A model generated the notes under the pieces. It made no database searches. It was not told the DNA's origin and saw only the letters and a list, made by a program, of their open reading frames with translations. The position numbers were made by a program, and so were the translations under genes. Shown piece by piece: positions 39,357 to 49,630 of a DNA stretch of 64,000 bases; within the stretch, counting starts at the first letter, position 1, and each line of letters begins with the position of its first letter. Origin of the DNA: an uncultured delta proteobacterium (GTDB lineage: Bacteria > Desulfobacterota > Binatia > Binatales > Binataceae). The stretch is from assembly GCA_963765675.1 (NCBI GenBank), contig CAVXXK010000014.1, positions 32,001 through 96,000 on the forward strand, read 5' to 3'.

Positions 39357-40557
39357 TCGCCGTATCGCCGTAATGCATTTCGCCAACGAACCGGTACGGG
39401 GCGGAGCCGAGGAGCACATGCTAATGCTGCTGTCCCATCTGGACCGGACTCAGTTTCGCCCGATACTGGCGGCTCCGCCGAGTCTCATCGAATTGCTGCG
39501 ACCTGATCTGCCTCGCGAGGTAGAGGCGATTTCCATTAATCTGCAAAGTCCCAGCGATCTGGCTGCGGCATGGAGTTTCGCGCGTATGCTCGCAGAACGC
39601 CGGATCGATATTCTTCATTCGCATATGTTCCACGCGAGCCGACTTGCATCGCCGATAGGATGGATGGTGGGGGTACCTGTATTGATCGAAACTCCTCACG
39701 TCCGCGAACACTGGCGCAAAGGCTGGATCAAGGGAAGTTACGTCATCGATCGGTTGGTCGCGCGTTTTGTTACCGCATATATCGCTGTGTCGGAGGCGAA
39801 TGGGCGATACCTGCGGACTGAGAAGCGCCTTCCGAGTGAGAAGATCTTCGTCATTCGAAACGGTTGTTCTGTCGAACGATTTGACCCGGCACAACCTGCT
39901 CCGTCTGCTTTGCGAGCTACCTTGGGTATCGATGAAAATGTACCCGTGGTGCTGGTACTTGCCAGGCTTGAACCGCAGAAGGGGCATCGAGTGCTGCTCG
40001 AGGCGTGGAAGTCGGTTACGCAATCGTATGCGACTGCGCGCTTGGTGTGCGCCGGCGACGGTGGGCTCCGTGCGCAGCTTGAGACACAAGCCAGCACGCT
40101 TGGAATTGCCGGTTCCGTCTCATTCGTCGGCCAGCAGCCAAACGTTCCCGATTGGCTCGCGCTCGCGGACTTTACCGTCTTACCGTCTTTCTATGAAGGT
40201 CTTCCGCTCGCCGCTATCGAGTCTTTGGCGGCCGGACGTCCAGTGGTTGCAACCGCGGTGGACGGCACCAGCGAGGTGGTGCTCGATGGCAAGACGGGGC
40301 TCACGGTAACAGCCGGCGATTCCGCGGGGCTATCGAGAGCAATCTCCCGGATGCTCGCATCGCCTAAACTCGTGCGAACCTTAGGCGCTGCCGGGCGGCA
40401 GTTTGTACTAGAGCACTTCAGCCGCGAGCGTCAGGTCCAGCAGACTGAAGCGCTATACTTGGATACGTGGCACCGCAGCGGCGGTCATCGCGTGCCCGAA
40501 CCGAGCGGTGCTGCCATCGGCATATGCCAGGAAGCGCTGACGAGACATACCAAGTGA
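39346..40557 (+). CDS. Glycosyltransferase family 4
   Basis: GGAE, ARLEPQKG, PSFYEGLPLAAIES. Confidence 0.93.
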   Translation: MNIDRRIAVMHFANEPVRGGAEEHMLMLLSHLDRTQFRPILAAPPSLIELLRPDLPREVEAISINLQSPSDLAAAWSFARMLAERRIDILHSHMFHASRLASPIGWMVGVPVLIETPHVREHWRKGWIKGSYVIDRLVARFVTAYIAVSEANGRYLRTEKRLPSEKIFVIRNGCSVERFDPAQPAPSALRATLGIDENVPVVLVLARLEPQKGHRVLLEAWKSVTQSYATARLVCAGDGGLRAQLETQASTLGIAGSVSFVGQQPNVPDWLALADFTVLPSFYEGLPLAAIESLAAGRPVVATAVDGTSEVVLDGKTGLTVTAGDSAGLSRAISRMLASPKLVRTLGAAGRQFVLEHFSRERQVQQTEALYLDTWHRSGGHRVPEPSGAAIGICQEALTRHTK

Positions 40558-41762
40558 GCACGTCCACGCCGAATGTTTCGTTGAGTTACGATACTCAGGT
40601 CGCCGACACGGTCGCGGAGCTGTCGGCCGCCGCTTTTCCGCGCGGCCTGCGTGCGATTGTGCTTACCGGCAGCCTCGCGCGAGGTGAGGGAACTTGGCTA
40701 CACGAGAGCTCGAGAGTTCGACTTGCCGGTGACGCCGACATTTTAGCGATTTTCAATGATCGCGCCCCACTGCCGCAACCGGGTCGTATCGCGCAACTGG
40801 AACACGCGGCGCAGGATCGCCTTGCCTCGGCGGGCATTGAAGTCCATCTCGGGATGAGTCCAGTTCGATCGGACTATTTGCTCCGTCTTCAACCGACTAT
40901 CTTCTCGTACGAATTAGCTACGTTCGGTAAAGTAATATGGGGCGACGCGACCGTTCTGAAGCTCGCACCCGCGTTCACTGACTCGCAAATACCACTCGAG
41001 GACGGATTTCGACTGCTGATGAACCGCATGCTCGAATTGCTCGAAACCGTGTGTGAAATTCATCCGCTCGCTACCGGTGCACGAGATGTCCGCTATCGCG
41101 CAATGAAGTTGTGGCTCGATATGGCAACTTCATATTTACTTTTCAAGCGCCGCTATCTACCGACCTATCGCGGGCGCGCTACGCGTCTGCGCGAACTTTC
41201 TACGGACTCGCACGCGCTTGCGCCAATTCCGCTGGATCGATTCGCTTCGATGGTGGCGTTCGCCACAAGCTGCAAGCTTGGCGACCCCGAAGCTTTCGAA
41301 ATGAGAGATCTTGCAGACTTATCTACATTGATCGACGACGCGCACTCGCTGTGGCGCTGGGAAATCGAGCGCGTCACATCAGGCGGCGCGAGTGATATCG
41401 ACTTGCTGCGGCAATGGATCGCAGCCGAGCCGATCGCCGCGCGGATGCGTGGATGGGCGGCTGTCGTCAAGCGTTCCGGAACTTGGCGCGCCGTCGCTCG
41501 GATGCCAAAGTGGATTCGTCTCGCCCATATCGGGGGACCGCGCCGCCTGATCTATGCTGCTACAAGCGAGCTTTTGTTTGCCGTTCCCCGTCTTATTCAG
41601 GAAGCTAGGCCGCCCGCACTCGACTCGCGATGGAATGAACTGAGACGGAATCTGCCGATCACCGACGTTCCTGAAGATCGGCCTTCGCGATTCGCGTGGC
41701 GCCGGTTGGGTCGTGCCATAGCCTTTAACTACAACCGTCTTCTCGTCCCGACCAGATCATGA
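40554..41762 (+). CDS. Nucleotidyltransferase-domain protein (Pol-beta superfamily) with helical C-terminus
   Basis: IVLTGSLARGEG...GDADIL; GTG start overlaps the previous stop. Confidence 0.65.
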   Translation: MSTSTPNVSLSYDTQVADTVAELSAAAFPRGLRAIVLTGSLARGEGTWLHESSRVRLAGDADILAIFNDRAPLPQPGRIAQLEHAAQDRLASAGIEVHLGMSPVRSDYLLRLQPTIFSYELATFGKVIWGDATVLKLAPAFTDSQIPLEDGFRLLMNRMLELLETVCEIHPLATGARDVRYRAMKLWLDMATSYLLFKRRYLPTYRGRATRLRELSTDSHALAPIPLDRFASMVAFATSCKLGDPEAFEMRDLADLSTLIDDAHSLWRWEIERVTSGGASDIDLLRQWIAAEPIAARMRGWAAVVKRSGTWRAVARMPKWIRLAHIGGPRRLIYAATSELLFAVPRLIQEARPPALDSRWNELRRNLPITDVPEDRPSRFAWRRLGRAIAFNYNRLLVPTRS

Positions 41763-42709
41763 GTACGAAAGAATCTCCCCTTGTAAGCGTCGTGATTCTG
41801 AACTACAAGCGCCGCGATGCACTGATCCAGAGCTTGGAGTCGGCGCGTGAGCAATCATATGAGAATAGCGAAATAATCGTGGTGGACAACAATTCGCAAG
41901 ACGGCACCCGCGAATTTCTAGCTTCTTACGCACCCGAGGTCCGGTTAGTCGAATTAAGTGAGAACCGCGGTGCCTGCGGCGGAAGGAATGCCGGAATTAG
42001 CGCGGCGACCGGCGAGATTATTATCACACTGGATAATGACGTGTTTTTTGAAGGTCCTCTGGAAATCAGCAAAACGGTCGAGACTTTCGCCCGACGACTA
42101 GATATTCACGTACTGGCTTTTCAGCTCTGCGACGAAAAAACCGGAGCTCTACGGATTAGAGAGTGGTGTCATCCGCGAAGCTTGGCGATGTATGGTGAGA
42201 CTGAATTCGAGACGAACTATTTCATCGAAGGGGCTTGTGCAATTCGACGGCAGGTTTACGAAAGCGTCGGTCTATACTACGAACCGCTCTTCATTGGCTG
42301 CGAGGGATGGGATTTGGCGCTCCGGATTCTCGATAACAACTTCCGGATTCTGCACACACCCCGGATTCGCCTGCGCCACTTGATGTCGAGTGAAACTCGC
42401 ACTTCTGACCGGCCGTACTATTTTGACACACGGAACTATATTTGGATCGCGTGCAAAGATTATCCTCCACTTGCGGGGACTGCTTTCCTGGGATTCAAGC
42501 TCCTAATGATGTTGTATTTTTCGATCAGATCGCGCCAATTGAGGGCGTATGCCCGGGCGCTCAGAGACGGCGTTGGCGGAATCCCCCGGGCGCGGCGTGA
42601 TCGTACGCCAATTCGCCTGGCCACGGTTAGATATCTCCGAGAATTGGAACGCTGGCGTCCCGCGCTAAGGACGCGCTTCGCTCGCCATCGCGAAGCCGTG
42701 CAACTCTGA
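41759..42709 (+). CDS. Glycosyltransferase family 2
   Basis: VSVVILNY, VDNNSQDGT, LDND. Confidence 0.92.
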   Translation: MSTKESPLVSVVILNYKRRDALIQSLESAREQSYENSEIIVVDNNSQDGTREFLASYAPEVRLVELSENRGACGGRNAGISAATGEIIITLDNDVFFEGPLEISKTVETFARRLDIHVLAFQLCDEKTGALRIREWCHPRSLAMYGETEFETNYFIEGACAIRRQVYESVGLYYEPLFIGCEGWDLALRILDNNFRILHTPRIRLRHLMSSETRTSDRPYYFDTRNYIWIACKDYPPLAGTAFLGFKLLMMLYFSIRSRQLRAYARALRDGVGGIPRARRDRTPIRLATVRYLRELERWRPALRTRFARHREAVQL

Positions 42710-42792
42710 ACCTCACCCAAGAATACGAACAACGGCAGGTTCGCGAAGACTGTCGACCTAGAACGTTCTCTCCCCATCCCGAACATTTTTAA

Positions 42793-44361
42793 ATGCCTAA
42801 TATTTCGAATCGTCGTAGCACGATGCTTGGCCATCTTCCTGAGCATCAGCGGGGCCGCATTCTTTCGGGCATGCGCTGGACAGTCTGGCTCTCGGCCTTC
42901 GCCGTCCCGTTTAGTGTCGCAGTCAATCTCCTGCTGGCACGCGTCGGTCCTGTCACCTTGGGAGTGTATGGCCTCTTGAGCGTATATGTCTCGCTCACCA
43001 GCGCGTTTCTCTACTTTGGCGGAGATACCGTGGTAATGCGTTTTATTCCCGAATGTCTCCCAGCAGACCGCGCGTCTTTTCTGGTTTCCTATCTGCTGGT
43101 GATTCTTGCCGTCATGAGCGGTTGGCTCGTCTTTGCATGGTTCTGTCCTGCTGCGATGCGTTTGGCATTTGGCGAAAACCATGGTGGCAATTTCAATTTT
43201 ATTCTGCTGTGCCTCTCGATTGTGCCGATCAGCTTCGCGATGGTGACGGCGTCCTTGAAGGGCATGCTCGAGATCCAAAGCTCACAAATATTGATTAAAC
43301 TCTTGACGATCGGATCGCTTGCCATTTACGCGGTGATCTTCGTTTTCGATCGTTCTCTCTTAGCGATTCATCCAATCGGGATTATCTGGAGCGTCTATCT
43401 CGGGCTGACCGCCGTGCTAGGAATTGTGGGCGCCGTCAAAGTGATCCGCCTCTGTCGAACTCCGCGATTGCGCTGGTGTATTCCTGCCGGCTTCTGGCGC
43501 TACGCATTCAGCACTCAGCAGGTGAGCGTTACATCTTTCTTGGCGCAGAAGCTCGATTACGTTTTGGTCGTTAACTTCGGAGGGCTGAAGCTTCTAGGCG
43601 AATATGTGGCCGTGGTTACTGTGGCGGCAACGGTCCAGATGGTGTGCGGCTTCTTTATGGATACCTTGTTGCCAGCGCTGACCAACACGCTCGCCTTGCG
43701 TAACTATGCCGGTGCGGCTCAGGTGTTCACGGTCCACATGCGGATCCTTTTCCTCGTCTCGACGGCGATGAGTTGTGCCGTCATGGTGCTTGCTGTTCCC
43801 GCGACCGCGGTGATGGGCGCCAAGTACGCATCGCTCGGTGGCTTGATCATTTTCATGACAGCAGCTTTTGGCATCGCGATTCCCGGTGCTTTTGGAGGCA
43901 CTCTGCTTGCCAGTGTCGGCCGGCAGCAGCTTGCCGTATGGACGCGCATACTGAATCTACTACTGTTCATTTTCCTGTTCGCGCTGTTGTGGCGGCGCTG
44001 GAACCTGGCCGGAGCGGTAGTGGCGTATGGCGTAGCTCTCATTATTTCAAACGTTATCTTAATGGCGATCGCACTGAAGGCTGCACCTTTCGTTCCGTCG
44101 ATTTCTGGCCTGTGGCTGACATCTGCAGCCGTGCAAGTGATGGCAGCCTTCGTCGCCTTGTGGTGGATTCCGCTTGGACTCGCCAGCGCAGCACTCGTCT
44201 GGCTGGGTGCGATGGGTCTGTTTCTCTGGTTGGCCCGATACGACATTTCTGAGTGTAAAAATTTGTTACAGACGTTTCTTCCAGGCTCTGCGTCCGTTCA
44301 ATCCGAGGACAACGATGCGACCTTCCCGGCGCCTGTCCGACCCAGCGCGGTATCACGCTAA
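42793..44361 (+). CDS. wzx: Wzx-like polysaccharide flippase
   Basis: About 12-14 TM segments, LGVYG, KLDYVLV; position inside the EPS locus. Confidence 0.78.
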   Translation: MPNISNRRSTMLGHLPEHQRGRILSGMRWTVWLSAFAVPFSVAVNLLLARVGPVTLGVYGLLSVYVSLTSAFLYFGGDTVVMRFIPECLPADRASFLVSYLLVILAVMSGWLVFAWFCPAAMRLAFGENHGGNFNFILLCLSIVPISFAMVTASLKGMLEIQSSQILIKLLTIGSLAIYAVIFVFDRSLLAIHPIGIIWSVYLGLTAVLGIVGAVKVIRLCRTPRLRWCIPAGFWRYAFSTQQVSVTSFLAQKLDYVLVVNFGGLKLLGEYVAVVTVAATVQMVCGFFMDTLLPALTNTLALRNYAGAAQVFTVHMRILFLVSTAMSCAVMVLAVPATAVMGAKYASLGGLIIFMTAAFGIAIPGAFGGTLLASVGRQQLAVWTRILNLLLFIFLFALLWRRWNLAGAVVAYGVALIISNVILMAIALKAAPFVPSISGLWLTSAAVQVMAAFVALWWIPLGLASAALVWLGAMGLFLWLARYDISECKNLLQTFLPGSASVQSEDNDATFPAPVRPSAVSR

Positions 44362-45302
44362 TGCACGTCACCGCGATCATTCCTACCAAGAACCGGCGCA
44401 GTGATCTTTTGAAGACTGTACGCAGTTTGGTCCGGCAGACGACTTTGCCGAGTCAGATTGTGGTTGTCGATCAAAGTCTTGATGACAGTGCGTTGCGAGA
44501 TCTGCGCGCCGAGCTGGCCGAAGTCGGATGCGTGAGACTCGACTACGTTTACGATTCTTCGCTTAAGGGAGCCGCGGCCGCCCGAAATCGCGCTATGGAT
44601 CTGGCCACGGGCGATATCTGGCTGTTTCTCGACGATGACGTCGAGCTCGAATCAGATTTCATTCAGCGCCTGCTTGAGGGCTATGACGCACGTCCTGCCG
44701 CCGCAGGTATTTCCGGCATCATCACCAACTATTCCCGTCCGCCAGTCTGGTTTCGTACCTGGACCGCACTGTTCACCCACGGTCCGTTTCACGATGACCG
44801 TCAGCCGATATATTGGAAAGCTGAGCGGTTACGGCACTCTGACCCGATCAGAGTTGGAAAATTCACGAGCGCGCTTATGAGCTTTCGTGCTGACGTAATT
44901 CGTGAGACGAGGTTTGATTCCAATTACCCCGGAGCTCTCGCCGAAGACGTGGACTTCTGCTGCCAGTTGCCAAGAAGCGCACTGATGTATATCGCGCCAC
45001 AAGCGCGGCTCGTGCATAATCGTAGCCCGATCAACCGAGTATCTAGTCATTGGCTGCGTCCACACGCGGAATCCGCCTATTACCTTTATGAAAGACATTG
45101 GAGAAAGCTGGCCATAAACCGATTCTATTTTTTTTGGCTAAAGGTCGGTTATGCAGTCGCCGCGATCATCGCCTCTACGAAGGGTCGATCGCTTGAGAGC
45201 TGGCGCGCGCTTCAAGCGGGCCGACTAGCCGGACGCACTCACGCACATTCCCAACCGGAATCTGAACCAACGTTGCCGTTTCAGGAAACTCGTCGCGCTT
45301 AA
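44361..45302 (+). CDS. Glycosyltransferase family 2
   Basis: IIPTKNR, VVDQS, FLDDD, AEDVD. Confidence 0.92.
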   Translation: MHVTAIIPTKNRRSDLLKTVRSLVRQTTLPSQIVVVDQSLDDSALRDLRAELAEVGCVRLDYVYDSSLKGAAAARNRAMDLATGDIWLFLDDDVELESDFIQRLLEGYDARPAAAGISGIITNYSRPPVWFRTWTALFTHGPFHDDRQPIYWKAERLRHSDPIRVGKFTSALMSFRADVIRETRFDSNYPGALAEDVDFCCQLPRSALMYIAPQARLVHNRSPINRVSSHWLRPHAESAYYLYERHWRKLAINRFYFFWLKVGYAVAAIIASTKGRSLESWRALQAGRLAGRTHAHSQPESEPTLPFQETRRA

Positions 45303-45334
45303 TTGATATCTCAGCGGCGTGACGAATTGCACGC

Positions 45335-46252
45335 ATGGTCGGTGCATTGATCTCGCCGCACGACAGTGGAGCAAAACCTCTGACGCCCAACCGCACAATT
45401 CACAACGGCGCGGGAATGAAGATCACAGACCCAGGCTTTCGAGCCGCAGGGCGTCTGGCTCTTCGGGCTGTCTTTGCTATACCGGTTCGCGCAAGAAGAA
45501 CGCTTCTATTTGGAAATTCCGCAATATGCCTTCCATTACAGAAAGTACTGGTCAGGCTCCTGGGCGGAAGATTCTTGGTACAAGCGCAATTCACCGACGG
45601 TCCGATGCGCGGACAGACATTCGCCTGTTGGTCGTCAGAAGCATATTTTATGCTGGGGAGCTACTACGAGAGCGATGCACAGCAACTGCTGATGAAAACC
45701 ATAAAGGCGGGAGACATAGCGTACGACGTGGGAGGTCATGCTGGTTATATGGCACTCCTCTTTTCAGCGTTGGTTGGGCCCACGGGAAAGGTAATCACTT
45801 TCGAACCATCGCCGGTAAATTTTCAGCGCGCTCGACAGAACATAGAGGCGAATGAACCATCTAACATTACTGTCGTGAACGTCGCTGCTTCGGACCGCGA
45901 GGGTGTGGCGCTGATAGATGAGCGCAGCAGCCAGAGCGCAATTGTTAACACGAGTACCATGAAAGCTGGGTGCTTATCGCCGATTCAGACTGTTCGCTTG
46001 GACGATTTTGGTTTCCGTGATGGCAACCCGCTGCCTACCTTTATCAAGATTGACATCGAAGGGCATGCCGGTCCTGCGTTGGAGGGGATGAGGCATATTC
46101 TCGAGACCAGTCGTCCCAAGATGATTTGCGAGCTTCACAATACCAACGAGGAGGCGCATGTCACCCGGATCTTGGCCGCCTATCACTATAATGTGGTATT
46201 GATCGAAAAAGATTATAGTTATCCCCGCAGAGTGCTAGTTCTGCCGATGTAA
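45335..46252 (+). CDS. FkbM-family methyltransferase
   Basis: YDVGGHAG, FEP, IKIDIEG; start may be 45416. Confidence 0.9.
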   Translation: MVGALISPHDSGAKPLTPNRTIHNGAGMKITDPGFRAAGRLALRAVFAIPVRARRTLLFGNSAICLPLQKVLVRLLGGRFLVQAQFTDGPMRGQTFACWSSEAYFMLGSYYESDAQQLLMKTIKAGDIAYDVGGHAGYMALLFSALVGPTGKVITFEPSPVNFQRARQNIEANEPSNITVVNVAASDREGVALIDERSSQSAIVNTSTMKAGCLSPIQTVRLDDFGFRDGNPLPTFIKIDIEGHAGPALEGMRHILETSRPKMICELHNTNEEAHVTRILAAYHYNVVLIEKDYSYPRRVLVLPM

Positions 46253-46335
46253 AACATTTATGTTCGGTCTAGTGTTTCTATGAAAGTTCAAAAACCCAGC
46301 GACATCCGGACGAAAATAGTTGCGGAGAGATAAGT

Positions 46336-47598
46336 ATGAGAATCGGATGGATTTCGCAGGCATTACCGTATTTACCGTGCCGAGAAGGCTTTCGTCTATA
46401 TGGCGGGAATCTTCTGAAAAGACTATCCGAACGTCACCAAATTGATCTGATTTCCTTGATGGTCGAAGACGACAAAGATCATCTCGACTGGGCCGCGCAT
46501 TTTTGCGCGTCGGTCCAGACCATCCCTACCGTCGATCATTCGGCTGCTGGAAAGCTGGCGAACGCATTTTCAGCGTTCTTGTCGGCCAGGGCTCTTCACT
46601 ATCGCCACGAGCTGAATGCTTTGCTTCAGCACGGGATCCGAGAACGGAAGTGGGACGTAATTCACGTTGAGGGTCCGTTTGTCGGCGCTCTGGTGAATAG
46701 CGATCTGCCTATCCCGAAAGTTCTATCAGTCCATGACTCGTGGACTCTGCGCGCTGCCGAAATGGTTAGGTGCGCTCAAAGCCTCCGTGAAAGGGCCTAT
46801 TACACCTTTCTTTCATTTTACGAGCCACGCTTTGAGCGTTTGCTTTATCCGCGGTTTGAGCGATGTACCGTGGTCGCGCAACGGGATGTTGACGAGTTGC
46901 GGTCCGTAGTTCCGAATGCGCGAGTGGACCTGATTCCCTCAGGCACCGACAGTGAGTATTTTCATGACGTTGGAGGCACCAAGCAGGATGCATCGCTCGT
47001 ATTTCACAGCGACCTCGGTTACACCCCGAACGTCCAAGCCGCACTGGAAGTTGTCAATCAAATCTTTCCCTTAGTGTGCGAGCAGATTCCTGGCGCGAGC
47101 CTGCATCTGATCGGGGCGAAACCGGTAACGAGCATCATGGAGCTCGCAAGCCGCCGAGGAATCAAAGTTTTGGCCGACCTCCCGGATCTCCGTGCCGCTG
47201 TCTGTTCCGGACAGGTTTACGTATCGGCAGTACGGCACGGCACCGGGCTGAAGAACAAAATTCTCGAGGCAATGGCAATGCAGGTACCTATCGTGTGCTA
47301 TCCGGGCTCCGCGGTCGGAATCGCATGTAAACACGGGCGTGAGTTAATGATCGCGCAAGATAGCCGCGAATTTTCCGCATTCGTCGTCGAATTGTTGCAA
47401 AATCCAGAGCGCCGCAGAAGTCTCGCAGCCGCAGCTCATGCGTTGGTCGAAAATCATTATAGTTGGGAATCGCGTGCCCGAATGTATGAAGACCTCTATG
47501 AAAGACTAATTGCTGAGCACGCCGCGCGGTATCGGACGAGTACGATAGCAACGCCGAGTGGAGCCAAGCTTTCCCCACAAAGCGCAAGAGCTTCCTGA
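46336..47598 (+). CDS. Glycosyltransferase family 4
   Basis: GTGLKNKILEAMAM, YSWE. Confidence 0.9.
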   Translation: MRIGWISQALPYLPCREGFRLYGGNLLKRLSERHQIDLISLMVEDDKDHLDWAAHFCASVQTIPTVDHSAAGKLANAFSAFLSARALHYRHELNALLQHGIRERKWDVIHVEGPFVGALVNSDLPIPKVLSVHDSWTLRAAEMVRCAQSLRERAYYTFLSFYEPRFERLLYPRFERCTVVAQRDVDELRSVVPNARVDLIPSGTDSEYFHDVGGTKQDASLVFHSDLGYTPNVQAALEVVNQIFPLVCEQIPGASLHLIGAKPVTSIMELASRRGIKVLADLPDLRAAVCSGQVYVSAVRHGTGLKNKILEAMAMQVPIVCYPGSAVGIACKHGRELMIAQDSREFSAFVVELLQNPERRRSLAAAAHALVENHYSWESRARMYEDLYERLIAEHAARYRTSTIATPSGAKLSPQSARAS

Positions 47599-47663
47599 AA
47601 CATACTTTTGGCGCTTGCTGCCGATTTGTCCCGACATTTCCTACCGGCGTTCAGCGCCTGGTG

Positions 47664-49514
47664 TTATTGATGCACGGAAGACGACGCTTCCGATTTAATG
47701 GCTGTCACGCTCATCCGCTCCAATTCCGATTCCACCTGGCGGTTCGCTGCGATTACGGCTGAAAGAAAGTTCCCATAATTCGCACGCTCACCACCGGTCG
47801 GATAGCCCCACTGGTCGGGTCCTGTCCCTGAGATAGTCGCGCTCTTTCCGTCGTAAGGATTATCATGTGGAGATAGCAGACCCCAATTTGCTTTCTGGCT
47901 ATCCATATCGTACATCCCCCACCAGTCGAATCCAACTATGTCATAAGTGCCGGTCGAGTCTTTCGCGTTCACGAAAGCGCTCATCATCGATTGGTAGCCC
48001 TCCCCACGTGCGGCTTGGGTGGAGTAATAAGATGGATTCGATGTTGCGTACGCAGACTCGGCCGAATCAGGCTGGGCCCAGAAACCCGCCCAATTTATCC
48101 ACGGATGATCGCCCAAATATCGTGCCGTTAAATCGATTCGCGATTGTGTATCGGTGCAATTAGCACAGGGCCATGGGGGTACGGTCGCAAGAATAGGTAA
48201 ATCGAGGAATTTCGCGGCTTCGGTCAGTACTTCGCCGCGAGGCGGAGCGCCCCATCCACCAAGCTGCATTTGCAAAAGAACCCCGGGTGCGGCCTTGCGA
48301 AATGCGGCCGTAAGTATGCGGAAATACTCGTCGAGGTAGTGAACGTAGAACGCACTCATGTCCGTTTGCATTGCAGCTGTTTCTGCGACCGGGAACGCTG
48401 CGGACTTCCCCAACGTATAGGGGTCGCCGACCCAGCAATTGCCAGATCCCCTCGCCGGGCAGCTTCCGTCTTCATCGAGAACTCCCGATCCACTGCCCCA
48501 TCCTCCTGCGGTGCCGAATGTGGTGTAGCGCGAACCCCATGCGTTGTTTAATGCAGTGATGTTATTGGCATAACGCGCCGCCAACCATTTACTCAATTCT
48601 TGTTTGGTATAGACCGTGGTGTCGGAATAGGTAACGCCTTGACTCTTGTTCGAGGTTTGAGTCGGCGCCGAGATGAGAGCAATCCGTGCGGCTTGAGCGG
48701 ACGGATCAGGACCGCTTCCCGCTCGTCCGTTCGCCCCGATGCTGGGAAAATCGGGACCTTGATCGAGCATTCCGGTCTGATCCGACTCATCGATAGTAAC
48801 ATAGATCAAGTAGTTACTGTATTTCGATTTGAGCGCTTGCTGCAGGCCCCACGTATCGTTGGCGATCACGTTGGCGGCACAGTTGCCGAAGCTGGGATCA
48901 AAGTAGTCACCAAAATTGTAGCGATATCCCGTGTAGGCGCGCCCAACGCCATTCATGATGTCTTTTAGTGGGGAGCCGACACCGCATCCATCGATATTCT
49001 TAAAGGCGGCGTGACTGACTTGCTCCTGAACCGAAAACGGCATCTTTATCGGGATGGTATTATCGCTGGTTCCCCAAGCGGAATCAGTTGTGGATGGGGT
49101 TAGTTCAGCGATTGAATAATCTGCCACCATATTGAACCCCCAAGCGTGGAGCCGACGGACCTGCTGCAACGCCCAGTTTGCGGTCCAGTTCGACAGCGGA
49201 AAGGCGTACTTGGTTTGGATAAAAGTCGTCTCGGCGCTGTTATTGTTCGCGACAACGTCGTATACGCCTTTCAGAAAGAAGCCATTGCCGGCGGGATCGC
49301 AGATCCACCATCGGCTTCCGATCTTCTGGGTGTAGAAATGTGGAGCTGAGCCGCTCCGACATCGCACTGCGGTGATGCCGCCATAGACGTCGAGTTGTTG
49401 CGCGGCATACGAAGGGCGACCGAGACACAAGACAAATAGAAACGCCACCGTAGCGGCGCAATAGCCCTTAAAACCGAGAACCTCGAAGTGATCACGAAAT
49501 AGAAAACGAGTCAT
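47664..49514 (-). CDS. Secreted GH50/clan GH-A-like glycoside hydrolase homolog, probably lacking the catalytic nucleophile
   Basis: KIGSRWWICDPAGNGFF, RLHAWGFN, IDE, ALNNAWG, VGFDWW..YD...NWGL...DNPY; PWINWAG where the paralog has PWVNWEG. Confidence 0.72.
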   Translation of the reverse strand: MTRFLFRDHFEVLGFKGYCAATVAFLFVLCLGRPSYAAQQLDVYGGITAVRCRSGSAPHFYTQKIGSRWWICDPAGNGFFLKGVYDVVANNNSAETTFIQTKYAFPLSNWTANWALQQVRRLHAWGFNMVADYSIAELTPSTTDSAWGTSDNTIPIKMPFSVQEQVSHAAFKNIDGCGVGSPLKDIMNGVGRAYTGYRYNFGDYFDPSFGNCAANVIANDTWGLQQALKSKYSNYLIYVTIDESDQTGMLDQGPDFPSIGANGRAGSGPDPSAQAARIALISAPTQTSNKSQGVTYSDTTVYTKQELSKWLAARYANNITALNNAWGSRYTTFGTAGGWGSGSGVLDEDGSCPARGSGNCWVGDPYTLGKSAAFPVAETAAMQTDMSAFYVHYLDEYFRILTAAFRKAAPGVLLQMQLGGWGAPPRGEVLTEAAKFLDLPILATVPPWPCANCTDTQSRIDLTARYLGDHPWINWAGFWAQPDSAESAYATSNPSYYSTQAARGEGYQSMMSAFVNAKDSTGTYDIVGFDWWGMYDMDSQKANWGLLSPHDNPYDGKSATISGTGPDQWGYPTGGERANYGNFLSAVIAANRQVESELERMSVTAIKSEASSSVHQ

Positions 49515-49562
49515 CGCCTTGCGCTTTTTCCCTTTGCACGGAATGGCGCAATCATAACACAC

Positions 49563-49594
49563 ACGGGCCTGCCGCCAAATCGCGGGAGGCCCGT
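49563..49594. other. Strong intergenic hairpin between the two hydrolase paralogs
   Basis: acgggcctgccgc-caaatc-gcgggaggcccgt, 13-bp stem with one mismatch, no long U tract. Confidence 0.5.
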
Positions 49595-49630
49595 ATTGTA
49601 TCGATCGTTCAGCGGTACTCTAGCTAGTTG

